Source: an uncultured Clostridia bacterium (GTDB lineage Bacteria; Aerophobota; Aerophobia; Aerophobales; B3-G15). From it: a DNA stretch of 49,810 nucleotides. Location: positions 1 to 49,810 of the forward strand of contig CAYZYX010000010.1 of assembly GCA_964482715.1 (NCBI GenBank). The letters run 5' to 3'. The position numbers and the translations under genes were made by a program. The notes beneath the pieces were generated by a model. The model worked only from the letters and a program-made list of their open reading frames with translations. It searched no databases and was not told the DNA's origin. Below, piece after piece: positions 8,194-17,308 of the stretch; position 1 is the stretch's first letter; each line of letters starts with the position of its first letter.

Positions 8194-9261
8194 TTGCTAA
8201 AAATAGTAGATTTGCATCATCGCTACAACTTTAAAGAAGTTTTAAAGGGGATTAACATAGAAATAAAAAGAGGGGAGGTATTTGTTTTAATTGGTCCAAC
8301 CGGTGCAGGAAAAACCACACTTTTGCGAATAATCGATCAACTGGAGTATCCCACATCAGGCAGAGTATACTTTGATGGAAAAGAAATATTGACATCACCA
8401 GGGTTAAGGCTCAAGATACGTCGCAGGATGGCCATGGTATTTCAAAAACCGGTAGTTTTTAATGCCACGGTATTTGATAATGTTGCTTACCCCCTCAAAG
8501 TCAGGGGCTACAGAAGAAAGGATATTCTCCAGAAAGTGGACAAGATGTTAGAGATGGTTGAACTTAAAGGTTACGAGAAGAGGAATGCACGGAAGCTCTC
8601 TGGAGGGGAAATTCAGAGGATAGCACTGGCACAGGCCATAATATCTGATCCTCAGGTACTTCTTCTGGATGAGCCAACAGCAAATCTTGATCCTTTAAGC
8701 GCAGACCTTATTGAAAAGTTAATTCTGGATTTTAACAAAAAACAGGGGGCAACCATAGTAATGGCGACTCATGATATGTCCCAGGGAGAGCGTCTCGCCG
8801 ACAGGATGGGTGTATTAATGGAAGGTAAACTCATCCAGGTGGGCAGTCCACGTGAGATTTTTTATAACCCGAAAAATGTACAGGTGGCTCAGTTTACCAC
8901 CAGAAATAATATCTTAAAGGGAGTGGTAAGCCAGAATGAGAATGGGATAACTTACGTAGATGTTGAGGGGAAAATTATAGAGGGGGTATCCAGCTTTCAA
9001 GCTGGTGAAAGGGTGTATGTTTGTATTAAACCAGAGGATATTACTCTTTCTCTTTCAAAATCCAGGACAAGTGCCAGAAACCTTTTTCCTGCCAGGATAA
9101 ATCTCATGAGTTTCTCGGGACCTCTTGTTGAGGTTGAACTGAGATGCCCCTTCCCACTTTTAGCCTTGATAACCAGAAGATCAGCTGAGGAGATGCAACT
9201 CAGGGTGGGACAGAAAGTTTATGCTTCGTTCAAGGCTACCGCTGTTCATATTATTGGTTAA
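8194..9261 (+). CDS. tupC: Tungstate ABC transporter ATPase with C-terminal TOBE domain
   Basis: GPTGAGKT, LSGGE, LLLDEPT; TSARN ... ITRRSAEEMQL ... FKATAVH TOBE region; TTG start. Confidence 0.88.
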   Translation: MLKIVDLHHRYNFKEVLKGINIEIKRGEVFVLIGPTGAGKTTLLRIIDQLEYPTSGRVYFDGKEILTSPGLRLKIRRRMAMVFQKPVVFNATVFDNVAYPLKVRGYRRKDILQKVDKMLEMVELKGYEKRNARKLSGGEIQRIALAQAIISDPQVLLLDEPTANLDPLSADLIEKLILDFNKKQGATIVMATHDMSQGERLADRMGVLMEGKLIQVGSPREIFYNPKNVQVAQFTTRNNILKGVVSQNENGITYVDVEGKIIEGVSSFQAGERVYVCIKPEDITLSLSKSRTSARNLFPARINLMSFSGPLVEVELRCPFPLLALITRRSAEEMQLRVGQKVYASFKATAVHIIG

Positions 9262-9330
9262 TCTGGCATAGCCGGGAGCCTACGGAGAAAGGTATAGGTA
9301 AAAACTGTCCCAATGTCAGGATTTTGGGCA

Positions 9331-9373
9331 TTGACTTTTTTCTCCCATATGATAAAATTCAATCATGTTTGAA
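9331..9373 (+). promoter_or_regulatory. Promoter and candidate palindromic operator of the DeoR operon
   Basis: TTGACT-16 nt-TAAAAT (TGn extended), then TTCAATCATGTTTGAA (14/16 palindromic). Confidence 0.6.
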
Positions 9374-9388
9374 AGTAAAGGTGTGCAA

Positions 9389-10159
9389 ATGAAAAAAGCT
9401 TTTCCTCTGGAGAGAAAGGATAAAATTTTAGATATTATTCACCAGAAAGGGAGAGTAACTGTTGAGGAACTTGTGCAAATGTTTGAGGTAAGTGGTGCTA
9501 CTATTAGAAGAGATCTTGAATTTCTGGAGCATCAGGGGCTTATAACAAGAACTCACGGTGGTGCTATCAGTAAAAGAAGAGTTGCTATTGAACCAGATTA
9601 TTTCGTGGAGAAAGGACGTTTCCTGGAGGAAAAAAGAAAAATTGCCCGTCAGGCTGCCATGATGGTGGAAGAAGGTGAGGTCATTTTCATGGAAGCAAGT
9701 ACAACAGTTCTTCAGATGACAGGTTTTATCCTTGATAAGAGAAACCTGACAGTGGTAACCAATTCCCTTGAGATAGCTCAGGAACTTCGCCGATCCACTC
9801 AGATAACCCTCATTCTTACTGGTGGAACTCTAAGAAGACGGACCAATTCTTTAATTGGTCCACTGGCAGATCTTTCGCTTTCTCAGATTAGATTTGATAA
9901 AGCTTTTATTGGAATAAGTGCTCTTGACTCTTCTTTTGGTATAACAACCCCTACTCTGGAGGAGGCTCAAACAAAAAAAGAAATAGTAAAAGCAGCAAAC
10001 CAGATAATTGCCCTTTGCGATCATTCTAAATTTGAAAAACAAAATTTTGCCTTTGTTATGCCTATAAATAAGATGGATGTTCTCATTGTGGATAAAAAAA
10101 TACCTTCTTCATTTAGGGTGGAAATTGAAAAAAAGGGAATAAAGGTGGTAGTTGTTTAA
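9389..10159 (+). CDS. DeoR/GlpR family transcriptional regulator
   Basis: VSGATIRRDL..LE...RTHGGA HTH; VVTNSL, DHSKF sugar-phosphate sensor domain; ATG 9389 preferred over 9365. Confidence 0.92.
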   Translation: MKKAFPLERKDKILDIIHQKGRVTVEELVQMFEVSGATIRRDLEFLEHQGLITRTHGGAISKRRVAIEPDYFVEKGRFLEEKRKIARQAAMMVEEGEVIFMEASTTVLQMTGFILDKRNLTVVTNSLEIAQELRRSTQITLILTGGTLRRRTNSLIGPLADLSLSQIRFDKAFIGISALDSSFGITTPTLEEAQTKKEIVKAANQIIALCDHSKFEKQNFAFVMPINKMDVLIVDKKIPSSFRVEIEKKGIKVVVV

Positions 10160-10187
10160 GTTTAAAAAAGCTAAATAAGGAGTTAAA

Positions 10188-11528
10188 ATGAGTAAAATAG
10201 AAGTAAAGGAAGATTTTCCCCGAATTGTCGTTGAGCCACCCGGTCCCAATTCTCGGGCTATTCATGGGAAAGCCGAAAAGTACATGAAGGGATACTCCAC
10301 ACAGGTAAGGCTTTTTCCTGTTGTTTTTGAAAAAGGAAAAGGATACCTTTTATTTGATGTGGATGGTAATACCTATATTGATTTTTCCTCAGGAATATAC
10401 GTTACCGCTTGTGGCCACTGTCATCCTAAAATAACTGAGGCTATTAAAACTCAAGTTGCAAAACTCGTAAACTGCCATGATTTTACCACACCAATAAAAT
10501 ACGAGTTCCTGGAAAAACTTGCCAGTATTACTCCACCTGGTTTAAATGGTATTCAACTTTATTCAGATGGGACCTCTGCAGTTGAAGCTGGTCTTAGAGC
10601 TTGCCGTGCAGCTACAGGGAATTTTGAGTTTTTCAGTTTCTGGCGTGATTTTCACGGAAAAACCTTAGGTTCGGTAAGTCTTGCTCTAATGAGCCCGGAT
10701 AAAGGAATAAGATCACCTGGTTTTTTTCTTGCCCCCCGGCCCAATTGTTATCGCTGCCCCTTTAAATTGAGTTATCCTGACTGTGGAGTTTACTGTATGG
10801 AGTTTCTGAAAAGACAGATTGAGGAGGAAAGTACAGGTAGGGTGGCAGCAATAGTTATGGAGCCAATTCAGGGTTGGGCAGGCTCAGTTTTTCCTCCACC
10901 AGAGTTCCTGCCCCGTTTGCGAGAATACTGCAGTCAAAAGGGTATACTTTTAATGCTTGATGAAATACTTACCGGAATGGGTCGAACAGGAAAATGGTTT
11001 GCCTGTGAACACTGGGAAGTAATCCCTGATGTAATGATTATAGGCAAGGGACTTGGCAATGGCTACCCCATTACTGCTGTGGTGGTAAGAGAAGAATATA
11101 AAGATGTTCTGGAAAAGATCTCTGCCTCCTCAAGTTACGGGGGAAATCCAGTAGCCTGTGCTGCAGCCTATGCCACCATTAAAGTTATTCAGGAGGAAGG
11201 TTTGCTGGAGAATGCTCAAAGATTGGAGAAGGTGATCATGAAAAGATTAAACGAGATAGAAAAGTCCCATCTCATAGTTGGAGATGTAAGGGGGAAGGGA
11301 TGTCTTTTTGGTGTGGAACTGGTAAAAGATAAATCCACAAAGGAGCCTTTTAAAGAAGCAGGTAAATTGGTTTATCAAAAAGCCTTTAAAAAAGGTCTTG
11401 CCTGGATACCAGCAGGACATATTTTAAGAATGTCCCCTCCTCTTATTATGCCTGAAGAAGTCGCCTGCAAAGCTCTGGATATAATTGAAGAGGCTATCTT
11501 TGAGGTGGAAAGAGAATTTGGATATTAA
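10188..11528 (+). CDS. Class-III (omega-type) PLP aminotransferase, substrate unknown
   Basis: FHGKT, EPIQG, DEILTGMGRTG, PDVMIIGKGLGNG (PLP lysine), YGGNP. Confidence 0.9.
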   Translation: MSKIEVKEDFPRIVVEPPGPNSRAIHGKAEKYMKGYSTQVRLFPVVFEKGKGYLLFDVDGNTYIDFSSGIYVTACGHCHPKITEAIKTQVAKLVNCHDFTTPIKYEFLEKLASITPPGLNGIQLYSDGTSAVEAGLRACRAATGNFEFFSFWRDFHGKTLGSVSLALMSPDKGIRSPGFFLAPRPNCYRCPFKLSYPDCGVYCMEFLKRQIEEESTGRVAAIVMEPIQGWAGSVFPPPEFLPRLREYCSQKGILLMLDEILTGMGRTGKWFACEHWEVIPDVMIIGKGLGNGYPITAVVVREEYKDVLEKISASSSYGGNPVACAAAYATIKVIQEEGLLENAQRLEKVIMKRLNEIEKSHLIVGDVRGKGCLFGVELVKDKSTKEPFKEAGKLVYQKAFKKGLAWIPAGHILRMSPPLIMPEEVACKALDIIEEAIFEVEREFGY

Positions 11529-11540
11529 AGGGGAAATACA

Positions 11541-12689
11541 ATGCAGAAAGAACTTGGTGTGGGAATTGTTGGTTGGGGGTTTATAGGCAAAGTACACACC
11601 TATGCTTATCTTAATCTTCCTCTCTTTTATCAGCCCTCTCCGGCTAAGGTAAAGCTGGTGGGAGTGTGTACAGCTCATGAAGCTACAGCCAAGCAGGCTA
11701 AAAAAATTGCCGGCTTTCAATTTGCCACCACTTCATACCAGGACCTTCTGGAAAGAGAAGATATTGACATAATTAACTGCTGTACACCCAATTATTTGCA
11801 TCGAGATATTTTAGTAAGTGCACTTAAAGCGGGAAAGCACGTTTACTGTGATAAACCTCTGGCTATTAATTTACATCAGGCAAAAGAGATCTTAAATGTG
11901 GCCGAAAAATCCAGTTCTGTCCATCAGATGACTTTTGAATACAGATTTATTCCCGCCATAATGCGAGCTAAAAAGCTTATAGATGAGGGTTTTCTGGGGA
12001 AGGTTTTTAGTTTTCGGGGATGTTACCTTCATTCAGGTTATATCGACCCTTCCCGACCTATGAGCTGGAGGCTGGATAAGAAAAAGGCAGGAGGTGGAGC
12101 TCTTTTTGATCTTGGATCCCATGTTCTTGATTTGATCAGGCATCTTCTGGGAGAATACCGAGCCGTTTTTGCTAAAAGTTACACTTTCATAAAAGAAAGA
12201 CCTCTCCCTGAGGATCTGACTGAAAAAGCAAAAGTTGAAGTTGACGATATCTCCTTTCTCCAGATAGAAATGGAAAACGGTGCTGCAGGTTCTGTAGAGG
12301 TATCTCGCCTTGCCACAGGAACCAATGATGAGCTTCGAATTGAAATTCATGGAAGTAAGGGGGCAATTTACTTTAACCTTATGGATCCTAACTGGCTCTG
12401 GGTTTATGACACAAAAGATCCAGAAAAGCCCATAGGAGGACTTCGTGGATTTAAAAAAATAGAAACAGTTCAGCGCTATCCTGAGCCTGCCTTTTTACCC
12501 GGACCAAAATTTTCTATTGGCTGGATGAGATACCATATTGCAAGCCAATTTGATTTTGTCACCAGGATTGTGGAAGATAAAAAGGGAAATCCAGGTTTTT
12601 ACGATGGATACAAAGTGCAAGAAGTGATGGAAGCAGCCCAGATTTCAGCAAGAAAGAGACGGTGGGTAAACCTTGATGAACTAAAATGA
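11541..12689 (+). CDS. Gfo/Idh/MocA family oxidoreductase
   Basis: GIVGWGFIG Rossmann fold; AGKHVYCDKP; GGGALFDLGSH. Confidence 0.9.
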   Translation: MQKELGVGIVGWGFIGKVHTYAYLNLPLFYQPSPAKVKLVGVCTAHEATAKQAKKIAGFQFATTSYQDLLEREDIDIINCCTPNYLHRDILVSALKAGKHVYCDKPLAINLHQAKEILNVAEKSSSVHQMTFEYRFIPAIMRAKKLIDEGFLGKVFSFRGCYLHSGYIDPSRPMSWRLDKKKAGGGALFDLGSHVLDLIRHLLGEYRAVFAKSYTFIKERPLPEDLTEKAKVEVDDISFLQIEMENGAAGSVEVSRLATGTNDELRIEIHGSKGAIYFNLMDPNWLWVYDTKDPEKPIGGLRGFKKIETVQRYPEPAFLPGPKFSIGWMRYHIASQFDFVTRIVEDKKGNPGFYDGYKVQEVMEAAQISARKRRWVNLDELK

Positions 12690-12695
12690 TAAAAA

Positions 12696-14198
12696 ATGAC
12701 CGAAAAAGATGATTTTCTCCTTAGTATAGATGCGGGAACAACTTCTATCAAAGTTGGTCTTTTCACGTCCAGAGGAAAACTCGTAGCTTTATCCACTCAA
12801 GAATATACACTACTTACACCTCGCCCTAACCGGGTTGAACTTTCACCTGAAGTTTACTGGACGGCCTGTATTAAGGGGATAAGAGAAGTTTTGAAGACAT
12901 CAAAGATTAACCCTTATTTAATTGTTACTCTGTCAATTTCCAGTCAAGCAGAGACACTTATCTGTGTGGACAAAAAAGGGAAAGCATTAAGAAATGCTAT
13001 TGTCTGGCTGGATACCCGGGCAGAAAAAGAAGCAAAAGAAATAGCTAAGAATTTCCCTCCAGAAATTCTTTACAAAAGAACGGGCATTCCTGAAATCTCA
13101 CCTATCTGGCCGGCACCCAAGATCCTGTGGCTCAAGAAAAATGAGCCAGATGTTTTTAATAGAACCTCAAAATTTCTTGTTCTTAAGGATTACCTTATCT
13201 GGAAACTAACAGGCAAGTTTACAACAGATCCCACCGAATCTTCTTCTACCTGCTATCTAAAGTTAAAAGAAAAAGACTGGTGGGATGAGATGCTGGAATT
13301 TTTAGGAATTAAAAGAGAGAATTTGCCTGAAATTTTACCTTCTCATGAGGTAGTGGGAAATATAAATCCCGGGATAAAGTCCAAGGTAAGTTTATCCACC
13401 CATACTAAGGTTATAGCAGGTTCTATGGATCAGATGGCAGCAGCCTTAGGTGCAGGAAATGTAGAACCTGGTATAATTACTGAAAATACGGGAACAGCTC
13501 TTGCTGTGGTTGCAACCGTGGATAGACCTTTATATGATCCTGAAAGAAGGATACCTGTAGCCCCCCACTGTGTTCCGGATAAGTTTGTCCTTTACCCTTA
13601 TGCAGAGACTTCCGGTATCGTCCTTAAATGGTTTAGAGATAACTTTCCCGGGGAACAGGGTAAAAGAGAAAATTATGGAGAGCTTCTTGATCTTGCCTCC
13701 CAGGTTCCCCCTGGATCAGAAGGACTTCTTGCCCTTCCTCACTTTACGGGAACTGCCTGTCCAGATTTTAATCCTGAGGCAAGAGGAGCTTTTGTAGGAA
13801 TATCTTTTAAACACAAACGTGCCCATTTTATCAGAGCTCTTGTTGAATCTGTTGCCTTTATGCTGCGAGAAAATATTGATCTTTTAAAAGCTCTTTCCAT
13901 AAAGGTTGACAGGGTATGTTCCCTGGGAGGGGCTGCAAAAAGCAATACCTGGCTCAAGATAAAGGCAAATGTGCTAAATGTTCCTGTGGAAGTTCCAGAG
14001 TGTAGTGAAGCAGCTTCTATGGGGGCGGCAATTTTAGCTGGAGTAGGGGCAAAAGTTTTCTCCACTATCGAGGAAGCGGTTCAGAGGATGGTGAAAATTA
14101 AGAAAACCTTTTATCCTCTATCCTTTGAGGTAGATATTTACCAGAAATTGTATCAGGATTATCTTTCACTTTATCAAAGGCTTTATGGTAAAATTTGA
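12696..14198 (+). CDS. FGGY family carbohydrate kinase (xylulokinase-like)
   Basis: IDAGTTSIK, AIVWLDTRA, DQMAAALGAG, GGAAKS. Confidence 0.9.
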   Translation: MTEKDDFLLSIDAGTTSIKVGLFTSRGKLVALSTQEYTLLTPRPNRVELSPEVYWTACIKGIREVLKTSKINPYLIVTLSISSQAETLICVDKKGKALRNAIVWLDTRAEKEAKEIAKNFPPEILYKRTGIPEISPIWPAPKILWLKKNEPDVFNRTSKFLVLKDYLIWKLTGKFTTDPTESSSTCYLKLKEKDWWDEMLEFLGIKRENLPEILPSHEVVGNINPGIKSKVSLSTHTKVIAGSMDQMAAALGAGNVEPGIITENTGTALAVVATVDRPLYDPERRIPVAPHCVPDKFVLYPYAETSGIVLKWFRDNFPGEQGKRENYGELLDLASQVPPGSEGLLALPHFTGTACPDFNPEARGAFVGISFKHKRAHFIRALVESVAFMLRENIDLLKALSIKVDRVCSLGGAAKSNTWLKIKANVLNVPVEVPECSEAASMGAAILAGVGAKVFSTIEEAVQRMVKIKKTFYPLSFEVDIYQKLYQDYLSLYQRLYGKI

Positions 14199-14315
14199 CA
14201 ATTTTTTTCACATATGACAATATTTACTCAAAAATGAAGAGAGCTAAAAACCCCTTCTGATGATTGTGAGAGAGGTGTTTAAAGAATCGGGAGAGTATAG
14301 GATTTGTAAAGATGA

Positions 14316-14366
14316 TAGACACATAACTATTTTTTTATTATAATAATCCCGCAGTATTATAATAAA
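14316..14366 (+). promoter_or_regulatory. Promoter with tandem TATTATAATA palindromes
   Basis: TAGACA(14316)-17 nt-TATAAT(14339); TATTATAATA at 14336-14345 and 14355-14364. Confidence 0.6.
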
Positions 14367-14391
14367 TCATCATTAAAGGTAACAAAGAAAA

Positions 14392-14970
14392 ATGCATCCT
14401 GTTAAACTTATCTCCCGGGAAATAGCCAAAAATCTTGTAAGCTCTTTTGAAAAAATTGATGATAATCAGATAGAAAAAGCTGTTGATGAAATTCTTAAGG
14501 CCAAAAAGATCTTTGTTTTAGGAGTGGGGCACTCAGGGTTAATAGGTAAAATTTTAGCCATGAAACTGGCCCACCTTGGTTTTTCTTCATACGTTGTGGG
14601 ATACGTTACTACTCCACCTTTAAGTGAAAGCGATCTTTTGATAGCCATATCTCAGTCAGGAGAGACCTCCACTGTGGTCACTCTGGCACAAAAAGCTAAA
14701 AAACTGAAAGGGAGGATACTTGCTATCACCTCTCATCCCAATTCTACCTTAAGCGAAATAGCCCAGATTAGCCTTATAGTTCCGGCTAAAATCGAACAGA
14801 TTAATTTTCCGATTTTTGCCCTGCTCGGGGATGAAGAGCATAAAAACACCTCTGGTGCTCTTTTTGGCATTAATCTCTTTGCCCTCTTTTACGGATTGAT
14901 ATGTGAGCTGGCAAAAAGAACAGGTCAGTCCCCAAAAGAGATAGACTTAAGACATGCCAACATTGAGTAG
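14392..14970 (+). CDS. SIS-domain phosphosugar isomerase, divergent 3-hexulose-6-phosphate isomerase-like
   Basis: GVGHSGL, AISQSGET, C-terminal RHANIE. Confidence 0.8.
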   Translation: MHPVKLISREIAKNLVSSFEKIDDNQIEKAVDEILKAKKIFVLGVGHSGLIGKILAMKLAHLGFSSYVVGYVTTPPLSESDLLIAISQSGETSTVVTLAQKAKKLKGRILAITSHPNSTLSEIAQISLIVPAKIEQINFPIFALLGDEEHKNTSGALFGINLFALFYGLICELAKRTGQSPKEIDLRHANIE

Positions 14971-14980
14971 GAATAGTTTC

Positions 14981-15721
14981 ATGTCGAATAAGAAGAGTCA
15001 TCTTGCCTATTTTAACGAAGATAAATTGAACGAACTTCTAAAACAGGTAGAAGCCGTAATTTTTGACATGGATGGACTTATTGTAGATAACGAATCTTTA
15101 CAACTCTCAGCAACTAACAGGGCATTATCTACTTACAGATTTAAGATAAACGAGGATTACTGGATAAGAAAATGCGTGGGGAAACGATCAAAGGAGTTTT
15201 TTCAAGAAATTATAGAGGAAAATTCAATTTCGCTGAAGGAAAGTTTAGAAGAACTTGTGGAAAGAAAAAATAGTTATTACCGTGAATATATTGAAAATGA
15301 AGTGGAAAATATTGTAAGACCGGGTGTTAAACAATTCATACAGTTTCTCCGGGAAAATTCTTACTCCCTTGCTCTGGCAACTTCTGCTGGAAAAATAGAG
15401 ACAGAAGCTGTTATTGGCAAGGAAGGACTTGGGATTGAAGATAAATTTCAGGTTATTGTCACAGGAGAGGAAGTACAGAAACCAAAGCCTGACCCTGAAA
15501 TTTATAACAAGGTGGTCCGGAAGCTAAAAACTTCACCTGAGGTATGTCTTGTTCTGGAAGATACAGCCATAGGAGTAGAGGCGGCAAAAAGCGCCAGAAT
15601 GAAAGTCATTGCTGTTCCCAACAGATTCACTTTAACTCAGGATTTTTCCAGAGCAAACCTTGTGATAACCGATCTCACTGAAGAAGCAAAAATTATAAAA
15701 AAAGAGAAAATATCTCCATGA
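14981..15721 (+). CDS. HAD family phosphatase / beta-phosphoglucomutase-like
   Basis: IFDMDGLIVD, LATS, KPDPEIY, VLED...GVEAA; ATG 14981 preferred over 14954. Confidence 0.88.
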   Translation: MSNKKSHLAYFNEDKLNELLKQVEAVIFDMDGLIVDNESLQLSATNRALSTYRFKINEDYWIRKCVGKRSKEFFQEIIEENSISLKESLEELVERKNSYYREYIENEVENIVRPGVKQFIQFLRENSYSLALATSAGKIETEAVIGKEGLGIEDKFQVIVTGEEVQKPKPDPEIYNKVVRKLKTSPEVCLVLEDTAIGVEAAKSARMKVIAVPNRFTLTQDFSRANLVITDLTEEAKIIKKEKISP

Positions 15722-15763
15722 TCGCAAAATGGAGATTTTAATTTACCATAAAGCGATCTAAAA

Positions 15764-17119
15764 ATGAAAGAAAAATATTCCGCCTTACCTAAAGCCATAC
15801 TGGTTCCCTTCAGCTATCCGGATTATCCTGAGAATGTAGTTGCAAGATGGCTCAGTAAGTCACAAGAGATGCTGGAAGAGCTATCCTGTGATTTCACCAT
15901 TACCCCGGTAGTCAAAGGAAGAGAAGATGCTCTTCGAGTAGCAGATCTAATTCGACAAAGCAAATTTGATTTTATTCTTGCACTTTTGGTCTCATGGGTT
16001 GAAGCTCCCAATTTTATTGCCACTTTACAAGAATTTTTTAACTTCCCTTTGCTTCTATGGACACACACCACCTGGTGGGAGGAAGGTGAGCAATTGACTC
16101 TGGGAGCTGTTCCCGCTGCAGGAGTTATCAGAGAGACTCTGGAAGAAATGGGAGTCCAGTTTGAGTTTGTTTGGGGTATGCCAGACAGGGATTCGGATTC
16201 TTTAAAAGAAAAAATCTCGCATTTTGTCCGTGTTGCCTGTGCCATAGAGAGGCTCAAAAGAGCGAGGGTTGGACTTTTTGGTTATTTTTCCATGGGTATG
16301 TACACAGGAGGGTTTGACCACATTAAGGTACGCAGGATCTTGGGGCCAGAAGTTGTTCATCTTGGTCAGGAATATGTGGTCAAGGAGTTTCAACGGGTAG
16401 ATTCAAAAAAAGCCAGGGATTTGATGAAAGAGGTTTTGAGAAAATGGACTATAGCTAAAGATGTAGATAAAAATTCTCTTCTTAAAGCCATAAGAATTTA
16501 TCTTGGTTTGAAGAAACTGATTCAAAAACATGACCTTAATGCCCTAACTTTAAAATGTCAGTATGAACTTTCCAGAGAATGGGGATTTGCCCCCTGTCTT
16601 CCCCTTTCCATGCTGGCAGATGAAGTTACCGCTTCCTGTGAGGGAGATGTTCCGCTTGTTATCTCTCAACTGATACTCAACTTATTAAGTGGGAAAGTCA
16701 CAGGTTATGGAGATGTTCATGACATCATGCCCGATAATTCTATACTGCTTGCTGCCTGTGGGTTTGCCCCCCTGTCTTTTGCTGAAGTAAGACCACAAAT
16801 AAAAAAGCATACCGCATTGTATGAAGGTTTACTGGTAAGTTTTCCTTACCGGGAGGGAAAAGTTACCTTGTGTAGATTGGCTCCGGGCAACACGGGTTAT
16901 AAAATGCATATTGCTACTGGAAAGACACAAACTCCTCCTCATTTTCATGAAGTAGGCTGTGCACCTTATGCACTTGCCAAAGTAAAACTTGATGGTTCTG
17001 TAGAAGATTTTTTTCAAAATCTCATGAGTCAGCACTATGCCATCTGCTACGGTGATTTTAAGATGGAACTTTTGAGCTTGTGTAAATTTCTCCACATAAA
17101 ACCTGTTATCTGTATATAA
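15764..17119 (+). CDS. L-fucose/L-arabinose isomerase superfamily protein
   Basis: SCEGD, GDVHD, GKVTLCRL, QHYAICYG motifs. Confidence 0.75.
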   Translation: MKEKYSALPKAILVPFSYPDYPENVVARWLSKSQEMLEELSCDFTITPVVKGREDALRVADLIRQSKFDFILALLVSWVEAPNFIATLQEFFNFPLLLWTHTTWWEEGEQLTLGAVPAAGVIRETLEEMGVQFEFVWGMPDRDSDSLKEKISHFVRVACAIERLKRARVGLFGYFSMGMYTGGFDHIKVRRILGPEVVHLGQEYVVKEFQRVDSKKARDLMKEVLRKWTIAKDVDKNSLLKAIRIYLGLKKLIQKHDLNALTLKCQYELSREWGFAPCLPLSMLADEVTASCEGDVPLVISQLILNLLSGKVTGYGDVHDIMPDNSILLAACGFAPLSFAEVRPQIKKHTALYEGLLVSFPYREGKVTLCRLAPGNTGYKMHIATGKTQTPPHFHEVGCAPYALAKVKLDGSVEDFFQNLMSQHYAICYGDFKMELLSLCKFLHIKPVICI

Positions 17120-17238
17120 CTCAGACTTTTCACTTATCAACTATCACCAGGATCACCTTTTTTCATCCTTTATCAGGGGATCTTCTTATAAATGGCTCCT
17201 TTAGTTAACATTTCCCTGACACTTATACAGGATCAAGG

Positions 17239-17266
17239 TTTACTAACTGGAAAGATTTGATATGAT
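17239..17266 (+). promoter_or_regulatory. Promoter of the helicase-nuclease operon
   Basis: TTTACT-16 nt-TATGAT with TGn extension. Confidence 0.5.
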
Positions 17267-17308
17267 AAAATAAGAATCCTTTATTTTTTTAATCTGGAGG
17301 TGATTGAA

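Noticed and set aside
9272-9300. GAGCC...GAAA as group II intron domain V
   Set aside because: It lacks the full domain V stem with its AC bulge and has no domain VI or reverse transcriptase remnant
9346-14217. Shared CATATGA in the promoter-like sequences at 9331 and 14195 as a DeoR operator
   Set aside because: Largely explained by the TRTGn extended -10 element, which also appears near 17261
14392-14970. RuMP formaldehyde fixation (hxlB)
   Set aside because: No hxlA nearby and the conserved motifs are altered
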